In this document: positions 51,491-64,000 of the stretch, piece by piece
How positions within the stretch are numbered: the first letter of the stretch is position 1
Layout of the letters: each line of letters opens with the position of its first letter
Assembly (NCBI RefSeq): GCF_018977255.1
Contig: NW_024704742.1
Coordinates: forward strand, 109,804,001-109,868,000
DNA length: 64,000 nt
Direction: 5' to 3'
Source: Callorhinchus milii
Lineage: Eukaryota
Notes under the pieces: model-generated
Database searches by the model: none
The model's input: the letters and a program-made list of their open reading frames with translations, nothing else
Told to the model about the DNA's origin: nothing
Position numbers and translations under genes: made by a program

Positions 51491-51766
51491 CAATGACATG
51501 GCAAAAGGGAGGTTTTCTAATAGAACACTGGGTACTGTGACAAAACCATTCACACGTTCCTACACCTGATAACTCGGGAATTGTTCAAAGAAACTTTTTT
51601 GGATTGCTGGAAAGAACCTTCAAAGTTGACTCTTATAAGTATGAAGACAGCAATCCAAAAAAGTTTCTTTAAACAATTCCTGAGTTATCAGATGTAGGAA
51701 CTTGTGAATAGGTTTGTCACAGTACCCAGTGTTCTATTAGAAAACCTCCCTTTGGCCATGCCATTG
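51491..51766. repeat. Long inverted repeat, 119-bp arms and 38-bp spacer (MITE/foldback-like)
   Basis: 51491-51609 versus the reverse complement of 51648-51766: 8 mismatches and no gaps by manual alignment. Confidence 0.9.
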
Positions 51767-51771
51767 ATTGC

Positions 51772-52132
51772 AATCCTGTAACTCAGGGTTAGAGCAATGG
51801 CCTCACAAGCGAAAGACCTGGATTTGATTCCTGGCAGGGTGAAATGTTGGGCAAGTTTCCTTACTCCAACGCTTCTGTTTACCTAGCAGTAAGTAGGAAC
51901 CAGATTATTAGTCGATTGGTGGATAGCTTTTTTGGGGAAAATAATCCTTCAAAAAAAAGAATAATAAATTGGTCACTTCAATCCACGACTGTCTGTGGGA
52001 CACTGCTGTGCGCAATTGGCTGCTGTGTTTTGCCCACAAGTCATTTCACTTTACAGTATATTCTGTGAAGCGCTTTGAGAAACCTAGAAGACATGAAAAC
52101 CGCAATATCCAATGCAAGGATTATTATTATTA
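51772..52132 (+). mobile_element. tRNA-derived SINE, longer subfamily
   Basis: Degenerate box A/B head, GGGCAAGTTTCCTTACTCCA, Deu-like body and (TTA)n tail. Confidence 0.85.
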
Positions 52133-54374
52133 TAAATTCAAATGAAATTAAACCATTCGTAATGAGGAGCAACTTAGCTCCTAAACGTACCTTAATCGTC
52201 ACGTACAACTGTTTCATTAAGTGTTGATTCTTGTAATGAGCATCCTATTTTTGTTATCCTATTTTTTCAGTAATTTAGATGCCAGTCTGAAGAGATTTAC
52301 TCCTTATTTCCTGTTAATTATATAATTACGTAATTCCCCCTTTCATGTGTTTCACATTTTAAAAAGTAATTATGCTGCATTCTTTTGTCGACCATGGCTT
52401 CGTTGAAGCCTTGCAACGTGTGTGAACAGTTATCCATTTGTGGTTGCAGCAAAGCCTTCTAAGCTGTGAGACAATTTTGTGTGAACACTGTGCAGGTTAA
52501 CTCCAGTATGGGGTGGTACAGACCACCTGCATACAACATGATGGGCCTCCACAAGCAAGTTAAAAATAAAGTTCAATTGATTAATACAGTTCCTTACACA
52601 CATTAATAAGCTCTTAACCGCTTTAACCAAGCTCACTTTTTTCAGTCCAACATCTTTTATAGCCCTCTATAGAGTGCCTAACCTCCTAATCTCTGTATTA
52701 AAGTAGTTCTTTTGCGGATCACAGTCCATTGGTTCATGTAGAGTGGTACGGAGTCTGTTATTACTTGTTACACAGAAATTTGGGAGCTGATTTCGCCCTG
52801 AAATTTCAGCACTAATCCATTTACCTATTTTCTGTCAGCCAAGCGAAGGAAGACTACAGACAAAAGACATTGATGGCTTTAAAGCCAAGAAAGGGAGTTC
52901 ACTGGGGCTTAACTAGGTTGGCCAAGAATTGAAGTGTTTCAGAGAATAGAGGACAATAAGCAAGAAGATCTAAATGTTTCTTAAAGAGACACATTGCAGC
53001 TTTGTTACAGATATCTTCATGTTTATAAAGTATAAGACTCAATGGGTTACGGCATGCAAAACATTTGTACTTTGCCAGTTTTTACTAACTGCAGCTGCTT
53101 GGTTCCTTTAATCCACTTAATCTGTGCTATGCCATGGCAACTAAAGAAAAATTCAAAGAACTTTTTAGTCTAACATTGTCAGGATATGGAATAGCAGTTG
53201 AATCTCATCCCAAGTAACTACAGAATCCTTTTCAATTATACATCGTGCAATATCTATGTACAAGAGTGCTTTTTCAGACAAGATCTCTGAAGTTCAAGTT
53301 AGAGGTTCCCTCCCAATCTTCTGGTTAGGTCAACCAAAAAAAATTCTGATATGATAGCAGGTCAGGGGAAGAAATTCATATCAAAACAACTTCCCGCCAT
53401 GTCATTATGACAACCTGCTGTAACAACTGTGGCTCTGTTTTAACGTATGTCAATTAATTGCTAAAAGTAATTTAATCTGACAGTGGCAGGATGTTGAAAG
53501 GTTTGCAGAGATGTCACAAAGGCGACCTTTCTGTTCATGTGCAGCCAAAAGCCATTTTTAACAAGGAATCTAAGAGCCAGTGCAAATTCTATTGTACTTT
53601 GTTAATTAGTTATTGATCAGAAACAATGCACTACAAAATATTTGAGATTAGCTTGGTGCTAGTAGGTTGTGAAGTGACAGCCTGTTTCAGATAATCTTTA
53701 TAGTATGTATGACTTTTTAATGAGATGTTCTGTTTAAACTTCCTTGTTGTGGTATCCGAGATAGAATGTCATGTTTTACAATTCTTACCCTTTGCAGTTT
53801 AAAAACTAATTTAAGATGTTGCTAAGTGATAACTTAATAGGGTTTTTTTTAGTTTTTGAAAACTGTTGACATTTGTGCAGGTCAGACGTGATGTAAATTT
53901 ATAAAGTGCCACGTGGTACATTTAAAGAAGTTGGAACTGCAGTAGTGAATGGTTTAATCTAAATTTTAAAAAATCATGCTTCAATTTTCTGTAATTTTAG
54001 TATTTTAAAACCCTGCTCAGTCTTGTGTCTTTCCTTACTCATTGTTGTTATTTGTGATTAGTTCTAACTTACAAATAATTTAGTTCTCAGAATTGCCTTG
54101 AGATTTCATTCGAGGGACAGTTATTTCATGTTTAGATTGCACATCAGTTATAAAAAAAAAGCAATCCCAAAAACTGCTAGTTATTCAATGAAACATATTA
54201 TCTATCAGGCTCAAAACATTTAAAAAAATATATTCTCAATTCATTTGGATTACCAAAATAATCAGTAAAACCTGAAAGCATGAAGTAGACAACACATGAG
54301 TATTACAAAAGACAATCTTAAGAATGCCATAGTTTTGAAAATGTTGCATCTGATCCAGTTGTTCTTTGTGTCAG

Positions 54375-55365
54375 TCTGGCTCAGTTGTTAGCACTCTTGC
54401 CTCTGAGTCAGGACTTGAAACTCATTTTGTGTAGGTTGATGCTCTATTGTGGGGGTGTGCTGCATTTTTGGTGGTGTTATCCTTTGGCTGAGATGTACAA
54501 AAAGTTATCAAAGAGGCTAATGGGATGTTGGCCTTTATCTCACGGGGGCTGGAATATAAAGAGGAAATGATCCTTCAACTACACAGAGCCTTAGTCAGAC
54601 CCCATCTGGAGTACTACGTTCAGTTTTGGGCACCGCACCTCATATAGGATATATTGCCTCAGGAGGGGCTGCAGCACAGATTCACTAGACTGATACCAGG
54701 CCTAAAGGGTTAAATTACGAGGACAGGTTGCATAAACTTGGTCTCTATTACCTGGAGTTTAGAAGGTTGAGGGTTTTTTTTGATTGAGGTTTTTAAAGTA
54801 ATAAAGCAATTAGATAGGGTAGATACAGAGAAACAATTTCCTCTGGTGGGGGATTCCAGAACAAGGGGCATGATCTTAAAATTAGGGCTTGGCCATTTAG
54901 GAGTGAAATCAGGAGGCAGTTTTTCACCCAAAGCGTAGTGGAAATCTGGAACTCACTCCCCCAAAAGGCCATTCACATTTTCAAGACTGAGGTGGATTGA
55001 TATTTGTTAGGTCAGGGTATTATGGGATAGGGGGCACGGGTGGTAATTGGACTTGAGATACAGATCAGCCATGATCTTTGTAGAATGCTGGAACAGGCTC
55101 TAGGAGCTGAATGGTCTATTCCTGTTTCTATGTTTCTAACCAAGATCCTATCCACTTGTCCAGATAGATGTTAAAGATCCCATACTGCTTTTAAAAAGAG
55201 TGGGGAGTTTAATAATTCACTTCATGGCTGTTTGTGGGACATTGTTGTGTGGAACTGGCTGCTGCATTTGCCCACAAAAATCATTAGACCACTTCAGAGT
55301 ATATCCTGTGAATCATTTTGAGACATTCTCTCGACGTGAAAGATGCTACACTGAATGTAAGGGAA
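54375..55365 (+). mobile_element. DeuSINE split by a CR1 3' fragment
   Basis: SINE head and 5' body at 54375-54495; the SINE resumes at ~55140 (GTTAAAGATCCCAT...GTTTGTGGGACATTG) after the CR1 insert. Confidence 0.7.
54496..55139 (+). mobile_element. CR1 LINE 3' fragment
   Basis: Degenerate CR1 ORF2 C-terminus (ALVRPHLEYYVQFWAPH...FFTQSVVEIWNSLP) and a 3' UTR ending GGAGCTGAATGGTCTATTCCTGTTTCTATGTTTCT. Confidence 0.85.
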
Positions 55366-56748
55366 TGTAAGGATTGAATTACTTTTGTTATTTATTATGA
55401 AGTAAGCTGTTAATATAAGTTGCTGGAAATTGTTTTTCAAATTGTTGACATTTGCTGGATTACATTTTTCCTATAATAGGAAATGTGTTTTTTATTTGGC
55501 CAAAAATATTTCTCTTGCCATGCAGAGCTCACTTGTTTTGTTTGTCATTCAACTATAAAAATAAATAGAAGATTGTGGGAAGTAGAAATATGTTAAAGTA
55601 ATTTTGGAGATAGTAACTTGTTGAGTGTTACAAAGGCTCTCAAAGCCTTAGATACAGCCTGTCGACATTGAATAAAATATTATTTTGAAAAGATATAGAA
55701 AGTAAACAAATGAATTTTAAAAATGTAGGAATGCATGACGGGAATGAAATTAATCCATATTCTATTGAAAACTTCAAACTTTGGTAAAGAATGGTTTATG
55801 TTTATGACCTGTTATTACAAATCTGATCTAAAACTGTTTAGAAAGTAGCAGCTAGAGAAAACTTTCATTGCATAATTATCGTAATTCTGATAGAATTAGA
55901 TATAATTGTTTGCTTCACAACAGCACTAAATTCTGTTGTTGCAATACTGTGTCATAGAAATAGAGATACTGGAGAAACAAATGTGATACACCTTTTGTAA
56001 TAATGATGCAGGATTGTGGTGTAGTGGGAACAAACCAAAACCTTTTATTATGGTATAGTGACTGACGGGCACCAAATGTATTTTGTATTTTGTTTTGCTG
56101 CCACATAGATATAGCCACATAGTTCTATACCATCAGTCTGTTCTTTTATTTATTACTTGAAGAAGTAAGCATGCCTTAGAAAGTGTATTTGTAGTTAGTT
56201 ATACCTTAAAGGCCAAGCTGATTACCAGATGGTCACATTGTAGCAACATGTACTGAAAATATGCAGCGTTTTACTGAAATATATTAGACGTCTTGTATGT
56301 AACCTAGCAACTTTTTCAGTTCTATGTGGATTATTTTGCTTTATGCACTCCATGCAATAATTTGTTGCTATGGCAAAGCACTTTTTTGTCCTATTCATTT
56401 TGCAGATTTGTTGCTTGTCTTTATAAATAATAATAATTTATTAATAACACTACATTCTAAATATAAAAATAATTCTGCATTTAAAGTTGCATTAAGTTGT
56501 TAATTACAAGCATACAGGGATAAATGCAAAATTTACCAAATGGAGAAGATTAATGGTTTTGCTGCATGGAGAAGAGTATCCTTTTTCTATGTTTATGTGT
56601 GCTGTATAAACTGCCTAATTTTTCAGATTATGCATTTAAAAAATCTGAAGCTTTAACCAGAATAATACTTTTTGTACCTGATACTCAAGTAATGAGATTT
56701 TTGATTCGTAAAAAGGCCATAAACTGGCAATCAAATGCAGCGACCCAC

Positions 56749-57079
56749 AATAATAATAATAATCCTTGCATTTGATATAGCGCTTTTCACGTCGGAAGGA
56801 CGTCCCAAAGCGCTTCACAGAACACACTGTAAAGTGAATTGACTGTATATTTGTGGGCGAACGCGGCAGCCAATTGCGCACAGCAATGTCCCACAAACAG
56901 TCGTAGATTGAAAATGACCAATTTTATTATTGTTTTTGGTTTTGGAGGGATTATTATTAGGCTTTGTGTGGAGTAAGGAAACTTGCCCAAGGTTTCGCCC
57001 TGACCTACCTGCCTGGAATTGAACTTAGGTCTCTCGCTTGCAAAGTGAGTGCTCTAACCACTGAGCTACAGGACTCCAC
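56749..57079 (-). mobile_element. Full-length tRNA-derived SINE, same young family
   Basis: Near-identical to 28199-28510, with a (TAA)n tail and tRNA-like head. Confidence 0.9.
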
Positions 57080-59793
57080 AAGTTGAAAGTCCAACTAATA
57101 CATATGTATTAATACATCTAATAATAATAATAACCCATATGTAATCTGTCTAAACTTCACTTGTTATCTCTAGATCCCAATAGAATAAAAACAGTACAAC
57201 TGTTAACCAATAGTGTTATAAATCTCAAATGAAAAAAAATGTTTCTTGGTTAGGATAAATTAGACAATAAGACTGAATCCTTCATACATGTCGCAATACT
57301 CTATAATTAGCAGAATTATAAGAAATTAGCATTTTGCAAGGAAAAATAATACTGTAATGATTAAAATGAATCACTAAAATAGCTGGCAAATGCAGATAGG
57401 ATAGATCAGTTGATTAGATGTATTTTACTCAAACAATTAAGCAACATTAATATTTTCCCATACAAAATATCCTTAACAAATTCCAACACAAAACTGCAGC
57501 TTACAAATATATAACAGTTTCATAGAGAAAACTTAATACACAAATAATTATATACCTGTTCTGACTAATAATATCTTTCAGAATCTACAGTAATTCAGTC
57601 ATTTCATTAGTCAGTGTCAAGTGGATAAACCGAAGTGTGGTGTACTAAGTGAGGGTTTGAACATCTAAATCAAAGATAAGAACGATTTCAATTAATTATT
57701 ACCATAACTGAAAAACTGTTGTATGAATCTGGATGTGTTTTTTTTTACTCTCTAATATTCGGCACTTAATGTTTACTAACAATATTTTTTGCAGGTGTCA
57801 GATAGCAAAAAGGTGTTTTATTATGAAAGTTGTGAAGGGTTATCAGTAGGGGGTCCATCAAATTTGGCATTGGTACAGGAAATATGTAAACCTATCACTG
57901 TAAGCATTCTCGAAGGGTGAACTGCTTGGCAGGAGCTAATTAACCTAAGAAAATAATTACACAAATATGCAAATCTTGTTTAGATAATTTCATGTGTAAT
58001 CACAAGAAGTAGTCAATCACACAAGCGGGCACCACATTTGCCCAGGTGTTAATCTGTGTGTACTTAAAAGGGATTTTATACCTGATTGTCAGCTATTTTT
58101 TACTGGTGATAAATAACTCTAAAAGTAAGACATTTTAAGATTAGATTACCTTCAGTAATTGCCATGGTATCTGACCTTTGGTAACAGTTGTACTATAGGA
58201 GAAATTGGGCCGATATCAAATCTATTCAGACAACTAGGGAGTGTTTTGGTAGCCCAATCTTGGCACTCACCCAGACACTGCCTTCTCAGAGGAGGCCAAC
58301 TTTAACACCAATACATTTTTCTAGTAAATAGAGGAAATAATGTTCCCTGAAGTAGGAGAAGCTGGGACACAAGGCATGTCACCCTTGCCCCCTTTTGGGA
58401 ATGAGTAGAGTATCTATAACTCATCAGTTTTTGACTTGTAGGCAGATTTATTATTTTTGTTGCATTACTTTTAATTACTTTCATGGTACTATAGCTGGCT
58501 TTAAGAGCTTTTAGTCTTTGTGGAGCCATATCTGTTGTTATGTTTATATTGTTGAGCTATTATGTTGATCCTGGAAATGTCATTATTGATACAGGTAACT
58601 TTGCCTCTATTCCCTTGTAGAGATGGGTGAGAAGTAACTACAGTATTTCTGCATCCCTAAATTCTAGCTTTCCAGTACTGGATCAATCTTAGTGGACCAA
58701 TAATTTCCTTCAACCTTTTGTTTTTTTTTGCATATTTGAAAAATGCTTATTGCTTTTGGCAGTTTTATATTTACTGCTTTTCCTGATTACTCACCAAGAT
58801 TTGATTATCAATATTCTAAGGGTTATCTCTACCCTACTGTCCAATTTTTAGTTTAAATTTTATCTATAATGTAAATGTGGGGTGAACTTAGGTTTAAATT
58901 TACACTGATAATTTTTTCTTTTAGGATTCACCCAGTAAAGTGTGCAATAATACTGACGTTAAATCAGTGTAAATACTGATATCTAAAACAAAGGAAATGA
59001 AATAGCATAAATAATACATCACATTTAAAATATGGATGACCAGTTGTTTTTTTTGGCCGCACATGTGAAACCCATCACAAGCTTAAGAGTCCCAAACCAA
59101 AGTATTGAGAGTTTCAGATATTATGGTTTAAATTTTCTGGGATCATATTTTGAAACCATAGAAATTGAACAATAGAAATTTACAGCACACAAGAAGGTCT
59201 TTCTGCCCATCGTGTCAGTCGGCCTTTACCTTATCCCACAGAATATAGGTACAAGTTGGCAAGAGCTAAGGCTTAGAAACCCCACTGTGTGCATTGTGGA
59301 GTTCCCAAGCTAAATTCATCCACTCAGTGCACTGGCAAGCCACCTGCTGCTGGCCCAACTGGGACCATTGTACACATTAAGGGCTTTGTTTCATGGGGTA
59401 TCTATCTGCAGCCAAGTGAGAAGAATCTCAGCTGCCAATGATTGATCGCTCCTCCATGTTCCACTGACAAGCTGGACTCCCTGTTCTGTTATCAACACTG
59501 GCCTGGAGTACTTCTCAGGTATTGGACTACTATAACAGAAGATTGACTGAATTATGATCCTCTATTGTCAATGCCAAAGAAACCCTGCTTACTTTCCTTT
59601 GTGAGGATTTTAGTCAACTGTGGGTCATTTTGCCTGACAAGTGCAGGTTAGAGCCCTCGCCTAGGGAGATACCATGACATGTGTGAGTGCTTTGCCAGAG
59701 TCGTCCTGACCAGAGACACATCTCTCAAATTGGGTGGTGGTTCCATCAGTTGGAGGTATGAAGGTTTAACAGTATCTGCTTGCTTCTCAACAT

Positions 59794-60340
59794 ACAACAA
59801 CAACAAATTACATTTGTATAGCGCCTTTCACATCGGGAGGACGTCCCAACGTGCTGGACAGTCAAGAGTTTCAGACCTGAGCTGGGGGTCCGGATTAGGG
59901 AGGGTGGAGGGCGGGGGGGAAGCAGGGTGATCAAAAAGCACAGTCGAAGAGGAGGGTCTTAACATGGCAACAACAACAACAACAGATTCCATTTGTATAG
60001 TGCCTTTCATGTCAGGAGGATGTCCCAAGGTGTTGGACAGTCAGGAATCTGCACCTGAGCTGGTGGTTAGGATCATGAGAGGTGGAGGGCACGGAGTGTA
60101 GGGGTAGGAGGGTGACCAAAGAGGAGGGTCTTGAGACAGGTCTTGAAGGAGGCAAGGGAGGAAGCGAGGTGGAGGGACTGTGGGATGGAGTTCCAGTGGG
60201 TGGAGGCACAGAGGCTGAAGAGCCGCTCGCCAATGGTGGCTCGGGCAAGGCGGAGGACGTGAAGCAGGCCGGAGCCCTTTGAGTGCAGCTTAGTAGGGGA
60301 TTAGGAGGTAGGGAGGGGGCTTTGAAGGTGAAGATAGACA
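59794..60340 (-). mobile_element. Two adjacent L2 3' fragments (59794-59960 and 59968-60340)
   Basis: Each begins with (CAA)n plus ATTTGTATAG(C/T)GCCTTTCA and matches the L2 3' region at 38857-39340. Confidence 0.82.
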
Positions 60341-62169
60341 CCAAACCCTGTATCTGCCCTCTTCCCCTCTCCCCATATTAAGAAACAGACTTATCCAACA
60401 CTAGATCCGTCAGGTGGACTTGACATAGATAATAGTCTTGCTTAAATATATGAAGAACAGGAAGAATGTGTATCCAATTAGCATAGGAATGCAAACAGGG
60501 AACATTCCAGCTATGTAATTTGGAACAAGGAAAAAAACATGCACACAACTAAGTTTCTCATAAATATAACTTTGTACAAATAGACTTGTCATACAAGTAG
60601 ACTTAGGTGTGATTTAAAATCAAACAAAGTCATGGCATTATTCTTGCACTTAATCATTATTTAACTGTTAAAATTATTGGATAACAAGATTTTAATTCTT
60701 CATTTCTAAATTTTAAAAACAGTAAAAAGCCTCTTTACACATTCCACTATTACCTTGCCTACTCTGGACTGGATTGGATGTCACATTTGAGCCATATGTA
60801 AGAAAAGGGGAGGACGTGTAGTTCCACATGAAAAAGTCTTAAAGCGGAAGGCGTACCGAGGGATTTCCCCTGTCGTTATGCTGACTTTTTTTCTCTGAAG
60901 GATAGCTTAATTTAATGTGAGGAGTTAATCTACTTTTCTTAACCCTTATGAGAGCTGCACTCGTTGCATGCACTATATAGAGTTCTTGTTTATGTTTCTA
61001 TTCATTGAGTAGAATGAGGTTCAAATAAGAATTAAATGCTTCTGAATTCTGGGACCTATTAAAATAAATTGAAGGCAAAAATATTTTAAACTTTAAAAAT
61101 AGTTTATTTTAGAACTGCTTAATCGCCCACAGGAGATGGCTAGTTAAATATACTATTGGGCCAGAAATCTCACCTACTCTTAACCTTTGATGCCATTCTG
61201 CCTTAAAATGTAAAACTGCTCAGAATTTGGGAGACACTCTTAATTTGGAAGGACGTTCCACAATGTTGGACAATCTTAAACTTTAAGACAAAATAGTTTT
61301 ATATGCAAAGACTAGCTAATATTTTTGGCTTTGGATTGAAACTCAAGTCATAGAGACCGGGGAAGGTTTATCTGCTGAGTTAGTCAGTATCAAGTTGGAT
61401 AGCAATGAAGAGTTGTGATGAGTCAGATAGATTCCAATTTCTAAATGTTCAGAGAAGTGTTTTTCCAATGCACAATATTCCCAATTTTTGAGAGTGACGA
61501 TTCATGTAAGAGCAGTGTCTATCTGACCATTTCTAGATTTTTCAACTTTGCGATCTTTCAACATGATACACAGCAAGAATTGTTAGGTTCACGAATTTTA
61601 GAAATTAAAGATTCCACTTATGGGAATTATTGTGTTTCTCATTCTCGGCATCCGTCACACACTGTAGAAGGAGGTCTGTATCACTACTGTGCCAGAAAAT
61701 TCCACCAAATGGACAACTTTGCTTTACATTGCGTTATACTTATTTTAGAGGAAAAATATTCTGTAACATTGCCCAACTCCCATTCTTGTACCCAAGGAAA
61801 CGCTTCATGAGTTTTTTTTCACAAATTCCAGCTCAGCTCCAAGTTGGCCCTGCTCACCTCCTCCCCAAGGAGGATAGTCCAGAGATGAGAGTTACCAATT
61901 GAACCAAGCTGATATCTATACATAATTGGTACCTGGGGTGGTTTCCTCTCTGACCAAGTTTAATCATCTTTTCTGCCTAATGAAGCAAAGTACTATTATA
62001 AAACTGCTGATTTATTGACTGTTGAAGTGGTTTAGATATGCTTTTCATGCTTTAAATTAAACACTTCCTCAAATATGCTGTACTGTCCATCCATCTACTC
62101 ACCAGAAAGTATTGGAACTCTCTAAGTTGTATTTATATTAATTTATCTTTGTTTTTTCTTAACTTACAG

Positions 62170-62289
62170 AATAATAGCACTCCAGAAGAGCACACACTGT
62201 ATGTCTGGGATCACTTTATTTCCAAATCTTCTGTCAAGAATGTAGTATTTGTTGCCCACAGTTATGGTGGACTGGTATTTGTGGAGTTG
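62170..62289 (+). CDS. FAM172A: Next coding exon of FAM172A/ARB2A (120 nt, phase 0-0)
   Basis: Polypyrimidine tract, ttacAG|AAT acceptor and TTG|GTaagt donor. Encodes [40 protein letters not shown] (recalled human [40 protein letters not shown]), including the AHSYGG nucleophile-elbow-like motif. Confidence 0.95.
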
Positions 62290-64000
62290 GTAAGTATTTC
62301 TTTGTTTTCATTGTCTGTTACAACTCAAATTGTTCTATTTTCTTTACCACGTGGGTGCACATCAAACATATACCTCTCTATTCAGAGAATTCCAGAACTT
62401 TACCACTCATCCAAGGAAGGAAAATCTTTTTTTTAATCAGGGCAAAATATCAGGTGACTGCACTGACTAATTAATATATTTTACTTTGTTAGTAGTATGA
62501 AGCTTAATGGTAAAATTGGTCGATAGCAATTAAGTGAAAATGGTGTAAGTCTGTTTTTCTTGCTTTGAATCTGACTGGGATGAATATAAAGTCATCAAAT
62601 ATCATATTGTAACGATATTTTATGAATCTGAAATTCAAATTTGGGTACATCATCTGAAAAAGCTTTGTTGTTTTTTGATTAGAATGAATATCTTTCTTTT
62701 TGATTAATTACTGACAGTAATGCAAACTTAATTTATATTTTGGGATAGCAGCTGGGATTTCTATCATAGACGATGAAGCATTACTGTAAATGGTGACATC
62801 AAGTTTTAAAAAGACAGCAGTTCTTTCTATCTCCATAAAAAATGGAGAAGATCTTTATCCTTTACATTCTTAAAATGCTCTTGCATTATTCCCTTAACGG
62901 ACATAGATTTGAAAGTGATTTATTTTTGCTTTCATGCTTTTTGTTATTAAAATCTAGTCAGACACATTTTTAAACTAAACTGATTTAGTTCAGACCGAGT
63001 TTAACCCTTTGGTTAAATTAAATGTGCTATGAAAACTGTTTTAAATGTAGCTAATGTTGAGTTAATAAATGTGAATTTATATGAAGTAAAATAAATTAAA
63101 GCTTACTGTACAGTAATGCTGTTTTTGGGTTTGATAGAAATTAATATAAACAATAGAGAATTACATACTGGTCCATCACAACATTGTGTAGTGGATGTGC
63201 AGCTTACTAAGAAAAGAATATCAAGGAGAAAACGTGTTAGCTTGTTTTATTTATTCTTTGCGCACCAAAAGCTGGTAAAGTGGTGCATAACTAATATGGA
63301 TTTATTTGGATTTAATCCAAACACTTGGATTTATAATTGTTCTTGCTTCCCAAAAAAATTAGAAGAGGAATGTGCAATGTCTTGTGTTTGTAATAAGAAA
63401 TATTATTAATTTTTGAACAGAAAAGTAAGGTGTTTCAGCAGAAAAGTTGATATGTATGATTCAGATTTAGTGATGCATTTTGTGAATTTTTCATGGAGTG
63501 TAATTGTGTCACCAACTGCAGTTTTGAAATAGACTATGAGCTGATTGACCTTTAGACGGTGAAGTAGTGGTGCATTCTATGGATATGGTAAATGATGTTT
63601 GCCCTCAGACCAAACAATTACAAGTCTTCCCACCTAAAGACATAAATGAAGGGTCGTGGATGACCACTGTGACATTCCTTCTGTCTATGTCTCTCATCAC
63701 ACTGGTGGATATTTTTTCCTCCTTTGTTCTGTGTTACTATAATGCATCCAGATGTCTCAGGGTAAGACTTGACATCTGACCTTGGGGCTTTAGGGTGAAG
63801 GTGCCCCCTGAGCCTGTGAATTTATCCCAGGCTGGGCTAAAGTCTTCCACAAGGCATTTTGGTCTTGGTGCAGGAAGTAACCAGTAAGTAAGAAATTACA
63901 AGGGTGCTTTGTCAGGAAAAGAAGATAGTAGGAGGAGCAAGTTCTGAAGACTGCTTACACTGCAGGAGCTGAATGCATGAACGGCATGACATAATACATC

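Noticed and set aside
52385..52620. Coding-looking stretch (MASLKPCNVCEQLSICGC...)
   Set aside because: In-frame stop and no convincing motif in any frame; cannot be assigned.
28084..56990. Recurrent ORFs starting MGKFPY or containing NWLPRSPTNIQSIHF
   Set aside because: Chance translations of near-identical SINE copies.
63645..63665. TGAAGGGTCGTGGA, similar to the hammerhead stem II at 19187-19203
   Set aside because: Lacks CTGANGA, the complementary stem arm and GAAA; a short chance match.

Overview
AT-rich vertebrate genomic DNA. The repeat content (Deu-domain tRNA SINEs, L2 and CR1 LINEs, a shark-type palindromic repeat) points to a cartilaginous fish; the exact species is inference. 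The window lies inside the long introns of FAM172A/ARB2A on the + strand. Two coding exons are present (50381-50598 and 62170-62289), and the first has an apparent 1-nt frameshifting deletion. The intronic DNA holds: (1) a degraded endogenous retrovirus with foamy-virus-like RT motifs and a tRNA-Lys1,2 primer-binding site (about 31944-35600); (2) a young L2 LINE with an uninterrupted endonuclease-RT ORF (about 38857-42195, minus strand) whose 3' tail is shared by many local SINEs; (3) CR1 fragments, pogo/Tigger-like MITEs and several long inverted repeats; (4) a palindromic repeat with a hammerhead-ribozyme-like core; (5) repeat-free, motif-dense blocks that look like developmental enhancers (FAM172A neighbours NR2F1 in other vertebrates). 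Most short ORFs in the supplied track are spurious. All homology statements come from motif recognition and recalled sequences, not database searches, and repeat boundaries are approximate.
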